A stretch of DNA of 64,000 bases from Lama guanicoe (lineage: Eukaryota), in contig MU053431.1 of NCBI GenBank assembly GCA_013239625.1, positions 310,001 to 374,000 on the forward strand. Reading direction: 5' to 3'. Each line of letters starts with the position of its first letter. The first letter of the stretch is position 1. The notes under the pieces are model-generated. The model ran no database searches, was not told the origin of the DNA, and saw only the letters and a list, made by a program, of their open reading frames with translations. This document shows, in pieces, positions 1 to 13,580 of the stretch. The position numbers and the translations under genes were made by a program.

Positions 1-629
1 AAAGGACTTTCACAGCAAAGAAAATCGGACACAGTAGAACCACAGTGTAGCTCTGTGAGTTCATGAAGTGTCCACGTAACACGACGTGGTCAAATGAGTG
101 CCTTCTCGTTACTCTTTCACTGGTGAATGGGATGGACTCCCACCCATCGGGTGCTTTAAAAATGTGTGTGTGAGTTTGCAGTGGTTACTGTGCGCACTGT
201 CTAAATAGGCAGTTTGCATCGGGCTGGACCTATTTCGTGCAGTCCTGTTTATAGACTTCAGTTACTCACCGTGTCTTTTCTTAACGAAAGGTTGAAAAAA
301 AAACCACTTCAGGCTGAATAGGTAATAATTTGAGTAACAGAGGCAGAGACTAGAGTCATGTGGGGAAACTTGATTTGACTGATAGAACGTAATTGAAACT
401 AAGCTGTAAGTCTGTGTGTCGGGAGGGGCATGACTGTAGTCCTGATTGGGCTGAAAGCGTCCTGTGTGAACACGAGGCATCTGCTTGATGATCATTATCC
501 CTCTGCCTGGATTGGCCCTCTCAGTTTTCTGGAAACTGTCATTTCCTCTTTCCACTGCCCCTTCCATTGGTAGAGTTGGAACATCCAAGGTTTGAAGACT
601 CCTGCTCTGCCCATAACCAGATAGGCCAC

Positions 630-1053
630 TGTAGTGAGATGAATGGTGGCTCCTAACAAGATAGGTCCACACCTGACCCCCAGGACCTGAGAATGTGACC
701 TTATTTGGAAAAGACGTCTTTGCAGATGTAATTGAGTGAATGGTCTTGAGATGAGATAATCTGGGTGGGCCCAAAATTCAATGACGAGTGACAGCAGAGG
801 AATTTCACAGGTGAGGTAGCAGGCCATGTGACAACGGGGCGGAAACTACGGTGATGCAGCCGTGAGTCAGGGATGCCTGGAACCACCAGAAGCCGGAGAG
901 GTGGGAAGGATGCTCCCCTGGAGGCTCTGGCGGGAGTGTAGCTCCGCTGACACGTTAATTTCTTGGCCTCCAGAACTGCGAGAGGATACGTTTCTGTTGT
1001 TTTAAGCTGCCAGGTTATAATAACTGTTTACGGAGTCCTAGAAAACCAATGCA
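630..1053 (+). mobile_element. MaLR solo LTR, MLT1C-like
   Basis: Starts TGTAGTG..GAATGGTGG; contains GAATGTGACCTTATTTGGAAAA..GTCTTTGCAGATGTAATT and TGGCCTCCAGAACTG..TTTCTGTTGTTTTAAGC; ends ..AACCAATGCA. Matches the recalled MLT1C consensus along its length. Confidence 0.9.
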
Positions 1054-1489
1054 GTCCCTGAACGCAACGTGAGCCAATCCCCAGACACTGAGTTGGGCAA
1101 AAAGTCTGTGGCCGGTCTTGCTGTCTGCTTGACCAGAGGAACCGTGAACTTGGGAAGTGTTGTCAGTCAACATTTTGTGCCACATGGATGAAAAAAACAG
1201 AAAAGTCTATTTGGAGCAGAAAAGAGGAATAAGAAGGAAGCAGATGTGCAGAGAGACAAAGCTGTGAGTGGGAAAGAGTCTGCTTCCAGCACACATAGGA
1301 CCAGCCAGGAAGGCAGAGAACCTGGGGCCTCAGAGAGTTTAACACAGGGGGCTGGTGGTAGGTGATGGGGAGAGGCAGTCTGAGGAGGCAAATGGTAGGT
1401 GGTGGGACCACCCAGTACTGACAGCAGCTTTCTTCTGAATCACCAAGCGGAGGCGACAACATGGTATTCAAGAGATAAAGGGATAAATT

Positions 1490-2040
1490 GCACAAATTAA
1501 AATACTTTGCAGGATGTCCATACAATGGAATACTGTCAGCTATAAAATGAAATGCAATCTTAAATGACAAAAAGAAAACCATCAAGGAAACGTAAATTTC
1601 TAAGTGAAAGAAACCAGTCTGAAAAGACTATACTGTATGTCTCCAATTACACGACATGATGGAAAAACATAATCGTGGGGACCGTAAGGAGAATAGTGAG
1701 TGCCACGGGGTTTGGGAGGGAAGGAGGGCTGAACATGGAAAACACTGGGTCCTTTGAAGGCAGTGAAGGTCTGCCGTGTGATCCTGTAAGGGCAGATGCG
1801 TGATGGTGTGTACTGGCCAAAACCCACAGAAGTTTACAGCACAAGTAGTGAGACTCAGCTTATGCAGATTTAAAACAATTAGGAGTTTGGAGGATCTGAA
1901 GAAGGGAAGCGGACTGTGAAAAGAGAATCTAATTGTATTAAAATGTACAAAACAACCTCACTCAGGTGGGAGGGGACAAGGTGCTGATCTAAGGAATTTG
2001 GAAATCGGCAATATCTGTAAAACTGAAGACATCAGCACAC
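1490..2040 (+). mobile_element. Ancient L1 3' UTR fragment, L1MC3-like
   Basis: CCATACAATGGAATACT, AAGTGAAAGAAACCAGTCTGAAAAG and AAGAGAATCTAATTGTATTA..ACAACCTCACT..GGTGCTGATCTAAG are recalled L1MC3 3' end landmarks. Confidence 0.8.
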
Positions 2041-2274
2041 AACTCTGGTGGGCCCAGTTGGTCCCGGGAAGGGTGGGGGTACCAGCGCGAGCGGGGTGTC
2101 TGATGCCCCCGCCTGTGTGTGCTGGAACCCAGCTACTAAGCAAATGGACAGGCGTGATGGGCGCCAGGTGCCCCCTCCTGGGGCGGACCTTTCCCGGGGT
2201 GCTGTACACACATGTTCTTGTGCTCTGGCAGCTGGGAGGACCGAGAGGCAGTGAGCACGCCTGGGACTCGGGTC

Positions 2275-2412
2275 TTGTTCCCTCACGGTTCGGTTCTGGA
2301 AGCCAGGAGTCTGAGGTCAAGGTGATGCAGGGCTCGTAAACAAGATGATCCAGTCTCTGCCTCCATTTAAACATCCCCTTCTTCCCCGTGTCTCTGTGTG
2401 TCTTCTCCTTTC
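2275..2412 (-). mobile_element. MLT1 (MaLR) LTR fragment
   Basis: GTTCTGGAAGCCAGGAGTCTGAGGTCAAGGTG..CAGGGC and CAGTCTCTGCCTCC resemble reverse-strand MLT1C, with an internal deletion. Confidence 0.6.
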
Positions 2413-2429
2413 CTGTGGTTTTTTTTTTT

Positions 2430-2726
2430 TTCCTTCCATTATGGAAAGATACCTTTACTCGATGTAGACCTCTGGGTTGATGATTTTTTCCCACCTCTTT
2501 AAATATTTCATTCTATTGTTTTCTGGCTTGCAGAGTTTCTTAAGAGAAGTCTTCTGAATTATTATTTATTTTTTCCTCTCTGTGTAATGTGCTTTTTCCC
2601 TTGGATTCCTTCAAGATTTTCTGTATATCTTTGGTTTTCAACAATTTGAGTATGATATGTCCAGGGGTTCCTTTTTTGTGTGATTTTTTTTCTGATGTTT
2701 ATCATGTTTGAGGTTTTCTGAGCTTC
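2430..2726 (-). mobile_element. Old L1M internal fragment
   Basis: T-rich antisense L1 text: TTTTCTGGCTTGCAGAGTTTCT..GAGAAGTC, TTCAAGATTTTCT..TCTTTGGTTTTCA, CTGAGCTTCT. Confidence 0.7.
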
Positions 2727-3315
2727 TTTTTTATTGAAGTATAGTTGATTTACAATGTTGTATTAGTTTCTGGCATATAGCATAGTGATTCAGTTATGTA
2801 TATATATGTGTGTGTGTATATATATATATATATTCTTTTTCATATTCTTCTTCATTGTAAGTCATGCAATAATAGTACAGTGTAGTTCCCTGTGCTGTAC
2901 TGTAGGACCTTGTTGGTTATCTGTTTTATATATAGTAATGTGTATATGTTAATGCCAAATTCCTAATTAATCTTTCCCCTGTTACCCCTTTGGTAACCAT
3001 AAGTTCGTTTTCTATGTCTGTGAGTCCCTTCTGTTTTGTAAATAAGTTCATTAGTACCATTTTTCAAGATTCCATATGAGAGTGATATCATGTGATATTT
3101 GTCTTTCTCTGACTTACTTCAGTTAGTATGATAATCTCTAGATCCACCCATTTTGCTGCAAATGGCATTATCTCAGTCTTTTTTTCTGGCTGAGTAGTGT
3201 TCCATTGTGTATATATACCACATCCTCTTTATCCATTCATCTGTCAGTGGACATTTAGGTCACTTCCATGTCTTGGCTGCTGCAAATAGTGCTGCTGTGA
3301 ACATAATGGGTACAG
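2727..3315 (-). mobile_element. Cetartiodactyl-type L1 3' end (about 590 bp) with an internal TA/TG microsatellite
   Basis: Poly-T followed by ATTGAAGTATAGTTGATTTACAATGTTG..GTGATTCAGTTAT..GTTCCCTGTGCT..GGTAACCATAAGTT..GCTGCAAATGGCATTA..GGACATTTAGGT; (TA/TG)n at about 2795-2832. Confidence 0.9.
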
Positions 3316-6300
3316 TTCTGGTTTGTTTTGGTGATTTAATTTTTTTCTAGAATTAGGTAATGAAGGTTCTGTAACTCTGTAAATATACTAATTAATTATG
3401 TTTCAATTACTCTGTTATAAAAAAATCCGTGATCAGTCCAGTGGATATTTATTTTGATATACTGGAACAGTGGGCCGCGGTGTGGTGGTGAGATGAAAGG
3501 GCCATTGCTCTGCCAACGAAGAGCGGGTCTCGAAAACAATATGGCGCAGCGGGGAGAACCATGGGGGGACGTGTGGAAAGCGCAGTCCCAATAACTGACA
3601 CATTTATACTGTTGAGAGTCACACACGTGGCAAAGTTAGAAGAAAACCAGATGGTCTATGTGCATTTAGGCTAGCGGCCATCTTGGGTCAGAAGGAGAGG
3701 GAAGCAGCGGTGGACGGGCATGGAGAGGGTCGGCAGTGAGCCACGCACACCGGGGTGTCGGCGCGCAGGAGTCTGTTTTGTTAGCATTCTTGAATCTGTC
3801 ATACCATCTTAGGAGCTGTTTTATAAGCTGCACCATTCCCTTTAAAAAGAAACTCCATCTTTTCCCTCCTGAGCCTGCCACGACGCGTTAGGTTAACTCA
3901 GGCCCCTCAGTCCGTGAATTGCGTATTGCAAAAGACACACATTTTTTTTTACATGCTAGAAGTTCTCGCCTGACTTTGATGGCGTGTGTTCCTCCCTGTG
4001 CATTTTCTCTTTAAGAGGATGCGGCTGTGAAGGTGCTGCTTGTTTGATGGATGTAGGAGAGGAGCGGGTCTTCCCTGAGAACTTGCACGGCAGACGAACA
4101 GCATCACAGATACTCCGCAGGGAGACCCTGGGGGACAGTGGCCTGCCTTGTTCCCTACTCCATTCTTGTTCATAAAAAAGGAGGCTGGCTAACCCGTGAG
4201 CTTCCCATCCCTCGTGGACGCGCAGGCGTGTCTGAGGGCTCGGCTGAGCATGTTGTGAGCTGTGGAAATGTCGGAGGAACTCTGTTTCCAGCGCTCAGGG
4301 CTCTGAAAGCTTGGTCTTCTGAGGAGCATCGCAGACTTTGATTCCAGGCAGAAATAAAATGGAATGTGGGAAGTAAAAGGGTTGTCGACAGTCATATTTT
4401 TATCTCTGTACCTCTGAATGAGAAGGTGACCTGTTTGGGGCATTCAGCATGGAGGAAGTGTTCCCAGCACAGGGCAGCGCGGGCAGGATGGGTCTGTCTG
4501 TTCCCGGGGCCCCCAAACCCTGTAAGTCACTCTGGAAACAGATTAATAGAAACCTGCAGAACCACCTAGTGTGGAGGAAACAAGTGTGAAGCCTCATGTT
4601 TGCTTCCGTCACTCGAAGATGAACAGACCCAGAGAAAATCAAGTTAGGTTTATATACTTAGCAACTTTCACATTTTGCATTCGAATTGGGCTTTATTTTC
4701 TGCTAATATTTGTTCTTTTGACAAGGAGTACTCCCCCCTAATACGCAGTGGTATAGCACTCGCATTCCAGCATACGCTTCCTGGATGTTAATATCTCCGT
4801 AATGACCACGTTCACAGAGCTGAATTTCATGGGTGAATAGGTTTTATCGTTCATAGAACAGCTGTTAACAGAGGCCACGGTCCACAGGGAGACTGACGCT
4901 ATTTGAATAATGTCATCTTCTAGGTGCTCGCTGAACCGGCTCCCAAATAACCTCAGGTGGAGTATTTTTATGCTTTCTTCTTCCGGAATCAGAGGGGAAG
5001 CATGCTAAATTCTGATGGTGATGCCATGAAAACACCTGCTTTTTAAATTTGGGAAATATAAGAGAGTTAAACAAGCAAGGGCGAGAAGTAAATGTGTACA
5101 GTGTTGGTTACATTACTTTTTTTTTCTCTTTTTCTCTTTTATTTATGATTAGTTAATAGGAGCTTTGAGATACCTTGGTTGAGATGACTGCTAAAATTAG
5201 ACACAGAGTATCTTGTGTTATGTAAAATCTTAACATAGAAAAAGATTTTTCTATGTTTGGTCCCGGTGTTGGCCATCAGCTGGCTTTTTTTTTTTTAAAG
5301 AAAAAAACAAAAACGAGAAAACAGGAATATGATGCTAAGAGTATGTATATTCACAAAAATGCATATCTTTCTGGGGTCTCATTAAAAATGAGTACATTTG
5401 GCAAATTGTGTTTGAGTTTCCGCGAAGCATCAGACAGCTGGAGGTGGTCACAGCCGCTCCTTTGAGAGGCTCCTCTGGATGCACCGTAGTCCCCACCACT
5501 CCCTATTACTCGCCAGCACGGGGTCCTCACACCGGTCACCATTTCTCATCTCCTTGCACTGACTTTTATTCCTCAAACGGTAGACGACATTCTTCTCTTT
5601 CCCTCTGTTGGTTCAGGTAGGCTCCCTGGGGCCAGTTTTCCTCCACGTGTTGGACAGAACCCAGGCCAGGCCCCGTGACTCTTCTCACACTCCCAGAGCA
5701 GGAAAGCCCTCCACTTAGAAAAGAGCCCCCTCAGCCATCAGGACGCCCCGCACAGGGAATCCTCACCGGCCTGGGCGTCCCTGAGAGGTACAGCCCCCGC
5801 CGCGGCCCCGGCCCCCCTGGGTGGCTGGGGAGCAGACTCGGGGAGCCGCCTTTCCCTTCCTCCACCAGGCTCGCCCACCTGCCCTGCCGGCCTGTCCTCT
5901 GAGTCCCAGGCCTGGAGAGGACGGTGAGCAGAGGGAGGAAGGGGCTGAAAGCTGGTTCCCAGAGCCTCTCGCAGGCAAGGTAAGTGCCTGGCCGAGGGCG
6001 GCGCGGGCTGATTGAGACCCATCACCAGGGCTCCGCGTCACCCTGTGAAGCAAAGGCGTCCCTCTGGCAGGGAGCAGACTTCCCTCAGCATCTGGCTTCC
6101 AGCAGGCCACCTCCAGGCACCCTTGGCTCATGCGTCCTCACTCACCAGGTGACATCCTGAGGACACCGTAAGGACAGCCTGGTGCTGTCCCCTCCCCCGC
6201 CGTCAGGTCCATGTGGACACACGTCAGTGTGAACCAAGCCCTTTCACCATAGCCGTGGCCTTTAGCTTCCTCAGGCTGAGCCCACCGAGTCCCTCAGGCT

Positions 6301-6467
6301 GCAGCCCAAGCCACTTGAGTGGGGGCGAGGCCGCTCTATCCAGCGGCCCCTTCTCCCCAGGTCGGGGGACTCGCAGCTACTCCAGTCTCCATGCTTGATA
6401 CTCAGCTGCAGGTGACAGACCGGTTCTGGACTACTTCCCTGGCAAGTCCTGGCTTGACGGTCTAGAT

Positions 6468-6657
6468 CAGGCTCCAGTAACCATTTTCTGGAAAGGCCCA
6501 GACAGTAAATATTTTAGACTTTGTCTGCCAGATGGCCTCTGTTGCTGGAAAGCAGCCAAAGGCAACACGTCCATGAGTGGACATGACTGTTCCAATAAAA
6601 CTTTATTTACAACAACAGCTGCCAACTCCTCTGCAGACCACCCTTTGCCCACCCCAG
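6468..6657 (+). mobile_element. MER58A-like hAT-Charlie MITE
   Basis: CCAGACAGTAAATATTTTAGACTTTG, GAAAGCAGCCA, TGTTCCAATAAAACTTTATTTACAA and terminal TTTGCCCACCCC match recalled MER58A. Confidence 0.85.
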
Positions 6658-8229
6658 CCTGGATTCTAGAACATCTCTGTGGAACGTGTGGAGTTGGCAC
6701 CTGCTGTTCTCGGGCCTCAGCCCACGTGAGACCCCGTCCCACGTGGAAACCAGTCAAGGCAACCGTGCGGGTCAGAACCCGTGGGCTGCCGGCACACCTT
6801 CAGTCCCGCAGCAGAGGCGGCATGGATGACACTGAATGGCTGTTCCTGTGACTAAAACTAGTTTCAAATAACTCAACTTCTTTTCTAGTGCCTTCTAAAC
6901 CTTTCAGAAACACTCAGTTTCTTCTCCCCGTCTATTCTCTACCCATGTCTGCTCCTGATCCTGCCCCCAGCCAGCCTGTGGGTTTGTCCTTTGTTCCAGC
7001 GGGACCAAGGTCGGTTTCTCAGCTGTGCCCAGAGCAGGTGGAGGGAGGCAAACAGGTCCACTTTGGTGGGTTTCAGATCTCAAGATAGGACGTCATATTT
7101 AGTTTGAGAATCAGTTCTCTTGCTAAAAATGTGAACTATAGGCCACATGGGATCCCTGAAAACTAATCCATTGGCACAGGCTTGTCTGGTGGTCGGGAGA
7201 CAATGCAAAGCGTGGGTCAGCTAGAGCCCTGGGGAAAGGACCCCAGAAGTCTTTAAGAGGTGGCAGCAATGGGGCTGGGAGACTAAGGAGGGGTTGGGGT
7301 TCACCTGGGAAGCTGGGGTTTCCGTGGGGCTGGGCAGCTGCCCGACCAGATGGACCAAAGATGGGTGAGCAAATGGCCTGTAACTACAGAGGACCATCGA
7401 GAAGGAACAGCCCTGGGCGGGGGTTTGGTGGGAATGGCTGTTAGTGACTGTGGCCCTTTAATGCCTGCGGTGTGCAGGTGTCCTGGCATTGAGGCTCTGC
7501 TGGGAGTGAGCTCTGTTTTGGGTGACGTGTGCACATGTGTGTGCGTTCATGCTCACGTATCTATGTTGTGTGCAGTTTCACAAACATCGCATGGTCACTT
7601 GAGAAAATTTGGACCTGTCTCCAAAAAAAGGCTCAAATGTAAGTTGCCTGTACTATCTACCTATAGCTCAATGTGAGTGATATTTTCTGGGTTTTGTTCT
7701 TGTTTTATTTCTGTATCTTTTAAAACATTTTTTCAGAAGACTAAACAGTTATTTTTTTTACTTGAAAATACATTATTCAGAAGTCCTGTGACCTTAGGTC
7801 TGTGGCACACTAAGTATTTCAGTTCTCTGGTTTGCTCCCCGCTTTTCTCTTCCTGTGTAAATAACGAAGCAGCGGACATTTCTGTGCATCCTTCACGTGC
7901 TCGTGGGATGCAGAGGCAAGCACGCTCTTACCCTGTGCTTTGGCTTCTGGAAGGCCCGAGCTTTGGATGCCAGCTCTGCATGCCTGTCCTACTGTCCACA
8001 CTTGAAAGGCGGTAATCCCGGGTGCCTGCTTCCCAGGGTTTGTGAGGGTGGAGTAAAGCAGTGCCAGTGAAGGACTGAAGAAGAACCAGTGCAAGAAACA
8101 CGTACCTAAGCAAACGAACGAGCAAAACAAATCACCCGTGCTTGATTCCTGGATCAAACTTTTGACGGGCAGACCCACTGCCAAGTTGTCTTCCGGGAAC
8201 ATTTTGCCAATTTAAACGTTCACTTGTAA

Positions 8230-9600
8230 TGCCTTCAAGTATCCTTCTTCCTGTATTTTCACCAGCTCTTGGAAATGTTTTTTAAATGCACATATTTTCA
8301 GTGTGGCAGCTTACAAATAATATTCACGGCTGTTTAAACTTGGATTCCTTTGATCATTACTGAATTTGAACATGGCCTTAATATTTATTAGCTGTTTGTG
8401 ATTCTTCTTCTGTGATGGTTTCTTCTTGTGAGTTGCTCATTATTCTGTTTTTGTGATGATTCATAAATTATATATATAAAGAGATGAAAATTTTCTGTCT
8501 CATAAGGCAATTTTTTTTCCAATGACATAGTGTACCTTTCAATTTTGTAGTTTATTTTGTATAGAAAGTATTTTATTTTTTTCTACAATTAAATATGAGG
8601 TTAATGGTATCATGACTGCTTTTCTGTTTTTCATACTTAGGATTTCCCAGAAATGTGGAATAGATGTGGGCACGTGTAATTCCTTGCAGTTTCATTTTTC
8701 ACATTACCTGAAATCAAATTGGATGTTGACAGTCCCTCTCATCTCAGCTTTAGAATGGCCGTGCTGTGCTTAGCGTGTGCGCGTCAGCTGAGTGGTCAGA
8801 CGCTCCTCAGTAGTCCAAGTGGCGATCAGCAGCCGTGCTGGAAGGTGCTGGGCAGCGTCTGCTTTCCCCTCTGAATGCATTCACCACACTTACCATTTGC
8901 TGATTCACTGGATCGTTTCTTTAGCATCTTTAATTTTATAATTTTACAAATAATATTTTCTTAATTTTCATCCTTTTTAAGCCACTATTATCTACTCATT
9001 CTTTGACATAAGGTTTAAAATATTCCATCTAATTGCAAAAGAAAAAAATATCCTATTTGCTTTTGATTACAATCCATAAAATTTGTAAATCATCAGGGTA
9101 AAATTGGCATCTCTGGAGTATTGTGAGTTCCTTCCTAGCAACAGGGGGTATGAGACCAATCATGTAATTATTTAGTCTAAACATTAATTTACTAATTACC
9201 CTCATATGGAACCTATGAATTTCTTATTAAGTTGATTTTAAACATTCTACATGTCCATGTCTGCTGTGAATGTGATTTGTAATGAGTCCTGTTTTCTAAC
9301 TTGTTTGGCTCACATACGGTAAAACTACTGACCTTTGTCTATCTTTTCTGTAACTCAACACATCAATGGACACTCATTGTTTTTATAGTTTTGTTTGATT
9401 TTGCCAGTCTTTCAAGATAAACAATGTCACCAGCAAGAATAATTCAGTTTTCTGTTTTCTAATAATTGCACCATATTGATTTTTTTCTTGTCTTATTGCA
9501 TAGGCTAGTTTTCTGAATCTCTACCACCACAGTGGTGACAATGGGATCCCATCTCTTCTCCTTTCATCTCTGAGATTCTCAGTCTAATTCCTTCAACTAT
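8230..9600 (-). mobile_element. Highly degraded L1ME-type fragments
   Basis: Long T-rich stretch with antisense L1 ORF2-like words (TTCCTTTGATCATTACTGAATTTGAACAT, TTCTTGTCTTATTGCATAGGCTAG); boundaries uncertain. Confidence 0.55.
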
Positions 9601-9904
9601 GGTTCAAATCACCAAAGCCTAACATTTGACATCAAAGAAGCGCATAAACCGGCTGTGCATCAATATTAAACATAAACATATTATTTCGGTTTTATTTATG
9701 ATAACCAGATGTAGAACAGAATCTAAATGTGAAATGGTAAGAGTTTGGTTAAATTAATTTACTGTGTAGCCATGAAATCAAATTGTTTGCAGTCACTAAA
9801 AGTACTGCTTCAAAGAATATGCCTTGGCACAGGAAAGACGCATAAATGTGTAAGATGCACTGAATATCAGGTCATGTGAATGTGAGCCTGTGTGAGAGCC
9901 CTGT

Positions 9905-10100
9905 GTCCAGTCCCACCCTGGACTCACCAGCTGTGTGAGCAGAGCATCGGCCTAAGCCTCTGTGACCAGTTTCCTCATCTGTTAGGTGGGGTCGGAGCGG
10001 GGCCTGCATTGCCGGCTCCTCACAGCTGTACGATGCTGTGCGTCCTGGTGCCTGACAGATAAAAGGCGCTCGTTAAACACCAGTTGATACCACTGTTACT
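9905..10100 (+). mobile_element. MIR SINE
   Basis: CACCAGCTGTGTGA..CCTCTGTG..CAGTTTCCTCATCTGT core; 3' GTGCCTGACA..AGGCGCTCGTTAAAC. Confidence 0.75.
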
Positions 10101-12015
10101 ATCCTGTGTAACACATTTCAGGTCTGTGACTTGAAACACAGGGACTTTCTAACACAATAATTTTCTTGTTGGTGGAATTCAGGGCCCTTTGGGGGCAGGT
10201 GGGGCTGCAGAGGGCGTGGCTGAAGCCTAGGTGAGTGCAGGGCCCAGGCTGGGCGCGGAGACTCACCTTACGCCCAGATGCTCCTTTGTGGATGACGTGC
10301 TGCCCGTGCCACATGGGCAGTGTTTTATTTGTGACAGACTGCTCGAGGCTTGTTTGAGAGGTTTTTGTTTGTTTTGTTTGCATCCTCTGTCTTTTTCTCT
10401 GTTCTGCAGAGTTTTGTAGGACTCTGTGTACTGCGTGGATATACTAAGTAAATTAGCACACATTCAATATGTATTCACGTTTGTTCCGATTCAGCTATTT
10501 TGGAAACAGAAAGGAAGATGTGTGATGGGTGCTTCAGAGATGCAGTCGGCATCGTTACACTTTCTGGTTCAGATATTGTGAATAATGAGTCAGTACCAAC
10601 TACAAAACCCAACCAACACACGCACTGTTGTCTTGCTAAAATGCTTAGTTCTTTTCAAGGTAAAGATAAGCATTTTTAAGGAATAAAATTTATGGTGCAA
10701 AACATAGGAAAAAGTCACCTAGTGTCCCAGCCTTCAAAGGTAACTACATTTGCTGAATTTGTCTTTTCCCATTCAAAAAGTGTCTGTATGTCTGTTTGAG
10801 ATTTTACATAACCACCAACCACCCACAGCCTTGAGCGAGGTGTGCAAATGCCGTACTGAGTGGTTGTCTCGTGAGGAGGTCAGAGCATAGAACTTTTGGA
10901 AGGTGATGTACTGGTTCAAAGACAGCTGCCCCGTCCCCCTTGTCCTGAAGAGAGTAGTGGTTGGTGATAGTAGCATTTAATGAATATCTGATAAGGAATG
11001 AATGAAGGAGCCATGAGACTTAAACTGGAAAAGCAATACATGCTAGAGGGGGCCACCCACCAGAGCCGCCCTCCGGGGAGAGACAGCGCTCAGAGGTGCA
11101 GGTGTCAGGGCTCGTAAACAAAGCCCGGGCTCTCACAACAGGCAGGAGGAGCAGCTGGGGGGTGACTCGGCTTCTGGCCCTAAATCCTGAGACTTCCCCG
11201 AGGACACAGGTTCAAAGGTCTGCCTGCTGTCCTGGAATGAGGAAGGGGAAATACGGCAAACAAAACACAAGGTACCATCTCAATAAATTATCCCAGCACG
11301 AGCAGCTCTCCAGCCAGTTAGGAAGCTGTCAGGTTGAGGCTGTGGCGGAAATCGCAGCCCCTGGACCTGTGAGGCAGTGCCGTTCCTGGAGCGGGGTGGC
11401 TGTGTCACCGGAGTCTCTGGCTGGCTGGGACTCCAAGGAGAAAATGGACACACGTGGCATATGGCTGGACCGCCCTCTGCGGGAAGAGCTGCTTCCTGGG
11501 CGGGAGGGAGGGATGAGCACAGAGCTGGTTTGGGGCAGCTTGGGGAGGCTTGGTTCTCAGGCCGGGTCACACTGAGGGCTGGGAGATCTCGGACAAGCCC
11601 CCTGACCAGTCGGACCTCGGTGCCCCCTCCTCAGGCTTGACTGATCGTGGGCTCATGCTGAGTGATGCCCCGGGTGCCGTGGGCTGGCCCGGCGCATGTG
11701 AGAGTTTCTCAAAGGCCAGTTCCCCTCTTTCCCTGGAACTCGGTGTCACCTGCCAGGTGGTGGCCTGCCGAGGGGCAGTCCCTCTGGAGCCTGTGCCTTA
11801 TAATTTAAACATAGACTCTTACAGAGCTTCCCAAGGGATTTGGTTTACAGGTCCGATATGGTAGGCGTCACCTGGGGCAGAGCTCAGCATGAGGCTTAAG
11901 TTTCTGTAAAGCTAATAACGTGGGGGCACTTTGTACACTCACAAATGTTGGGGAGAACCAGACCCACTTCAGACAGCCTGCAGATGGTGAATCCCATTTA
12001 AAGAGTTAGGGAAGT

Positions 12016-12328
12016 GTTTTTTAAAACAGCTTTATCGAAGTATAATTGATATGCAAAAAATACCGCCCATTTAGTGGATACAATTTAATGAATTTGGACA
12101 TATGCACACATGCCTGATACTATTATCATAATCAAGGTAATAAACACGTCCGTGACCTCCAACAGTCGTGTGTGTGTGTGTGTGTGTGTGGTAAGGATGC
12201 TTAACACAAGATTACCTTCTCACAGAGTTTCAAGTGTGGCAGTCCCCTCAGTCACGGTGTTGTACAGCCAATCTCTAGAACTTACTCATCTCGCACAACG
12301 AATCTTTACGCCCACTGAGCATCGCCCC
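12016..12328 (-). mobile_element. L1MA/L1MB-type 3' end
   Basis: TTTTTTAAAACAGCTTTATCGAAGTATAATTGA..AATCAAGGTAATAAACA..TCTCTAGAACTTACTCATCT. Confidence 0.8.
12168..12190. repeat. (GT)11 microsatellite within an L1 3' end
   Basis: Perfect GT run read directly from the sequence. Confidence 0.95.
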
Positions 12329-12922
12329 ATTGCTTGTGAAGGAAGACCACCCCAGACACACCTCCGACACGTGCGGGGGGTGGGAGTCCTAGTGCAAACT
12401 CCGTGTCTGGCATCAGCTGGCAGTTAGAATCAGAGAGATTCCACAGCAGCTGATCTCTCTCCTCCGGACACTCCATGCTCTGAAAGCACGGAGACGTCCA
12501 GAACCTTCTAAAAGACGGCACGCATGGCCGTCCTCCCTCAGTCCTGCGACCATCTTCATCTCCCGAGTTCATCCCAGTGCAAACTAAGACAGCAGCAGAG
12601 CGTGCAGACAGCCTGGCTGTCCCCCCGGGGAGCCGCTCTCCCTGGAGGAGGACGCACGATCCCTCCTCTTCCTACCGGAGTGGGAGCTGCCTGGAGTTCG
12701 GGGGTCCTCTGCCGGTGCAGAGGAGGATGCTGATTCCCCCCACAGTAGATCGGGCTGGGAGCCTGCCTCTGCCGAGACAGGGCAGCTGAAGCCAGAGCCT
12801 GGTATGGATGGGCTGCGGGTCAGCTGAACCAGTTGTCACCATTACAGTGATCATCCTCGTCATCTTCGTCATCATTGTCCTCGGAGCTGCTGCTTATGTG
12901 ACCGACTCTGCCTCAGATACTC

Positions 12923-13120
12923 CAGTGTGGTGCCAAGAGTCGGGCTCAAAAGCCCATCTCCTTGTTCAAGTTCTGCCTTCGTCACCTGCTGGCTCTGGGG
13001 TCCCAGGCAAGCTGCTTACCCTCTCTGGGCATCAGTGCACTCGTCTGCAAAGTGGGCATCAGAATACTGCCTACTTCGTTGGGCTGCTGTGTGGAGTAAA
13101 TTGCACAAAGCCCACAAACA
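12923..13120 (+). mobile_element. MIR SINE
   Basis: GTTCAAGTTCTGCC..GGCAAGCTGCTTACCCTCTCTGGGCATCAGT..CGTCTGCAAAGTGGG..TACTGCCTACTTC..GGGCTGCTGTG. Confidence 0.75.
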
Positions 13121-13269
13121 CAAGAAAGGGCAAGTGCAAGGGTTTCTATTATCTCGCGCAATCCTGTAACAACCTCATGAAACAAGGAGTATGTTTCTAC
13201 TCATTTAAAAAGTCTATGTTTAACAGACTTGGTTTTAGTGAATGAGGATCCATTATGGATCAGACCGAA

Positions 13270-13580
13270 AGCATCTTTGCCCCTATGGAGTTTTTACCTC
13301 TAGACTGTGAGGACGACAATAAACAAGGAGGCAAATGCATCCATCATGAGATTTTAGTCCTTGGGAGGTGCCAGGAAGGAAAGCCGGTGGGGCGTCTGCT
13401 GGGGTGTGAATGGGAGGGGGGCCCATCAGCCAGGGCAGCAGAGGGACTGTGTGAGCGGAGGCCTGAGTGCAGAGAAAGGAGGGCTGCCATTCCAGTAGCA
13501 GGAGGACCTGAGCTGCAGGGACCGGGTGAGCGTGCAAAGGCCCTGGGGCAGGAAGCACCTACCATCTTCCAGGTGAGGCA
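13270..13580 (-). mobile_element. L2 LINE fragment
   Basis: TGCCCCTATGGAGTTT..CTAGA, GAGGCCTGAGTG, GCGTGCAAAGGCCCTGGGGCAGGAA are typical of antisense L2 3' regions. Confidence 0.65.

Noticed and set aside
3340..3362. Possible 6-nt microexon TTTTTTCTAG|AATTAG|GTAATG
   Set aside because: Mediocre donor, adjacent to an antisense L1 and without further support.
5900..5985. AAG|GTAAGT donor with a preceding open frame
   Set aside because: Weak acceptor, unrecognisable peptide; isolated consensus donors are common.
10362..10450. Long pyrimidine tract plus CAG acceptor
   Set aside because: The tract is largely a (GTTT)n-like low-complexity run, probably repeat-derived, and has no good donor.
2328..11121. 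Identical 16-mer CAGGGCTCGTAAACAA at 2328-2343 and 11106-11121
   Set aside because: One 16-bp match in 64 kb is about what chance predicts, and it does not extend meaningfully.
12808..13245. ORF with an apparent transmembrane segment (VVTITVIILVIFVIIVLG)
   Set aside because: The hydrophobic run comes from a degenerate (CAT/CGT)n low-complexity tract, and much of the rest is a MIR.
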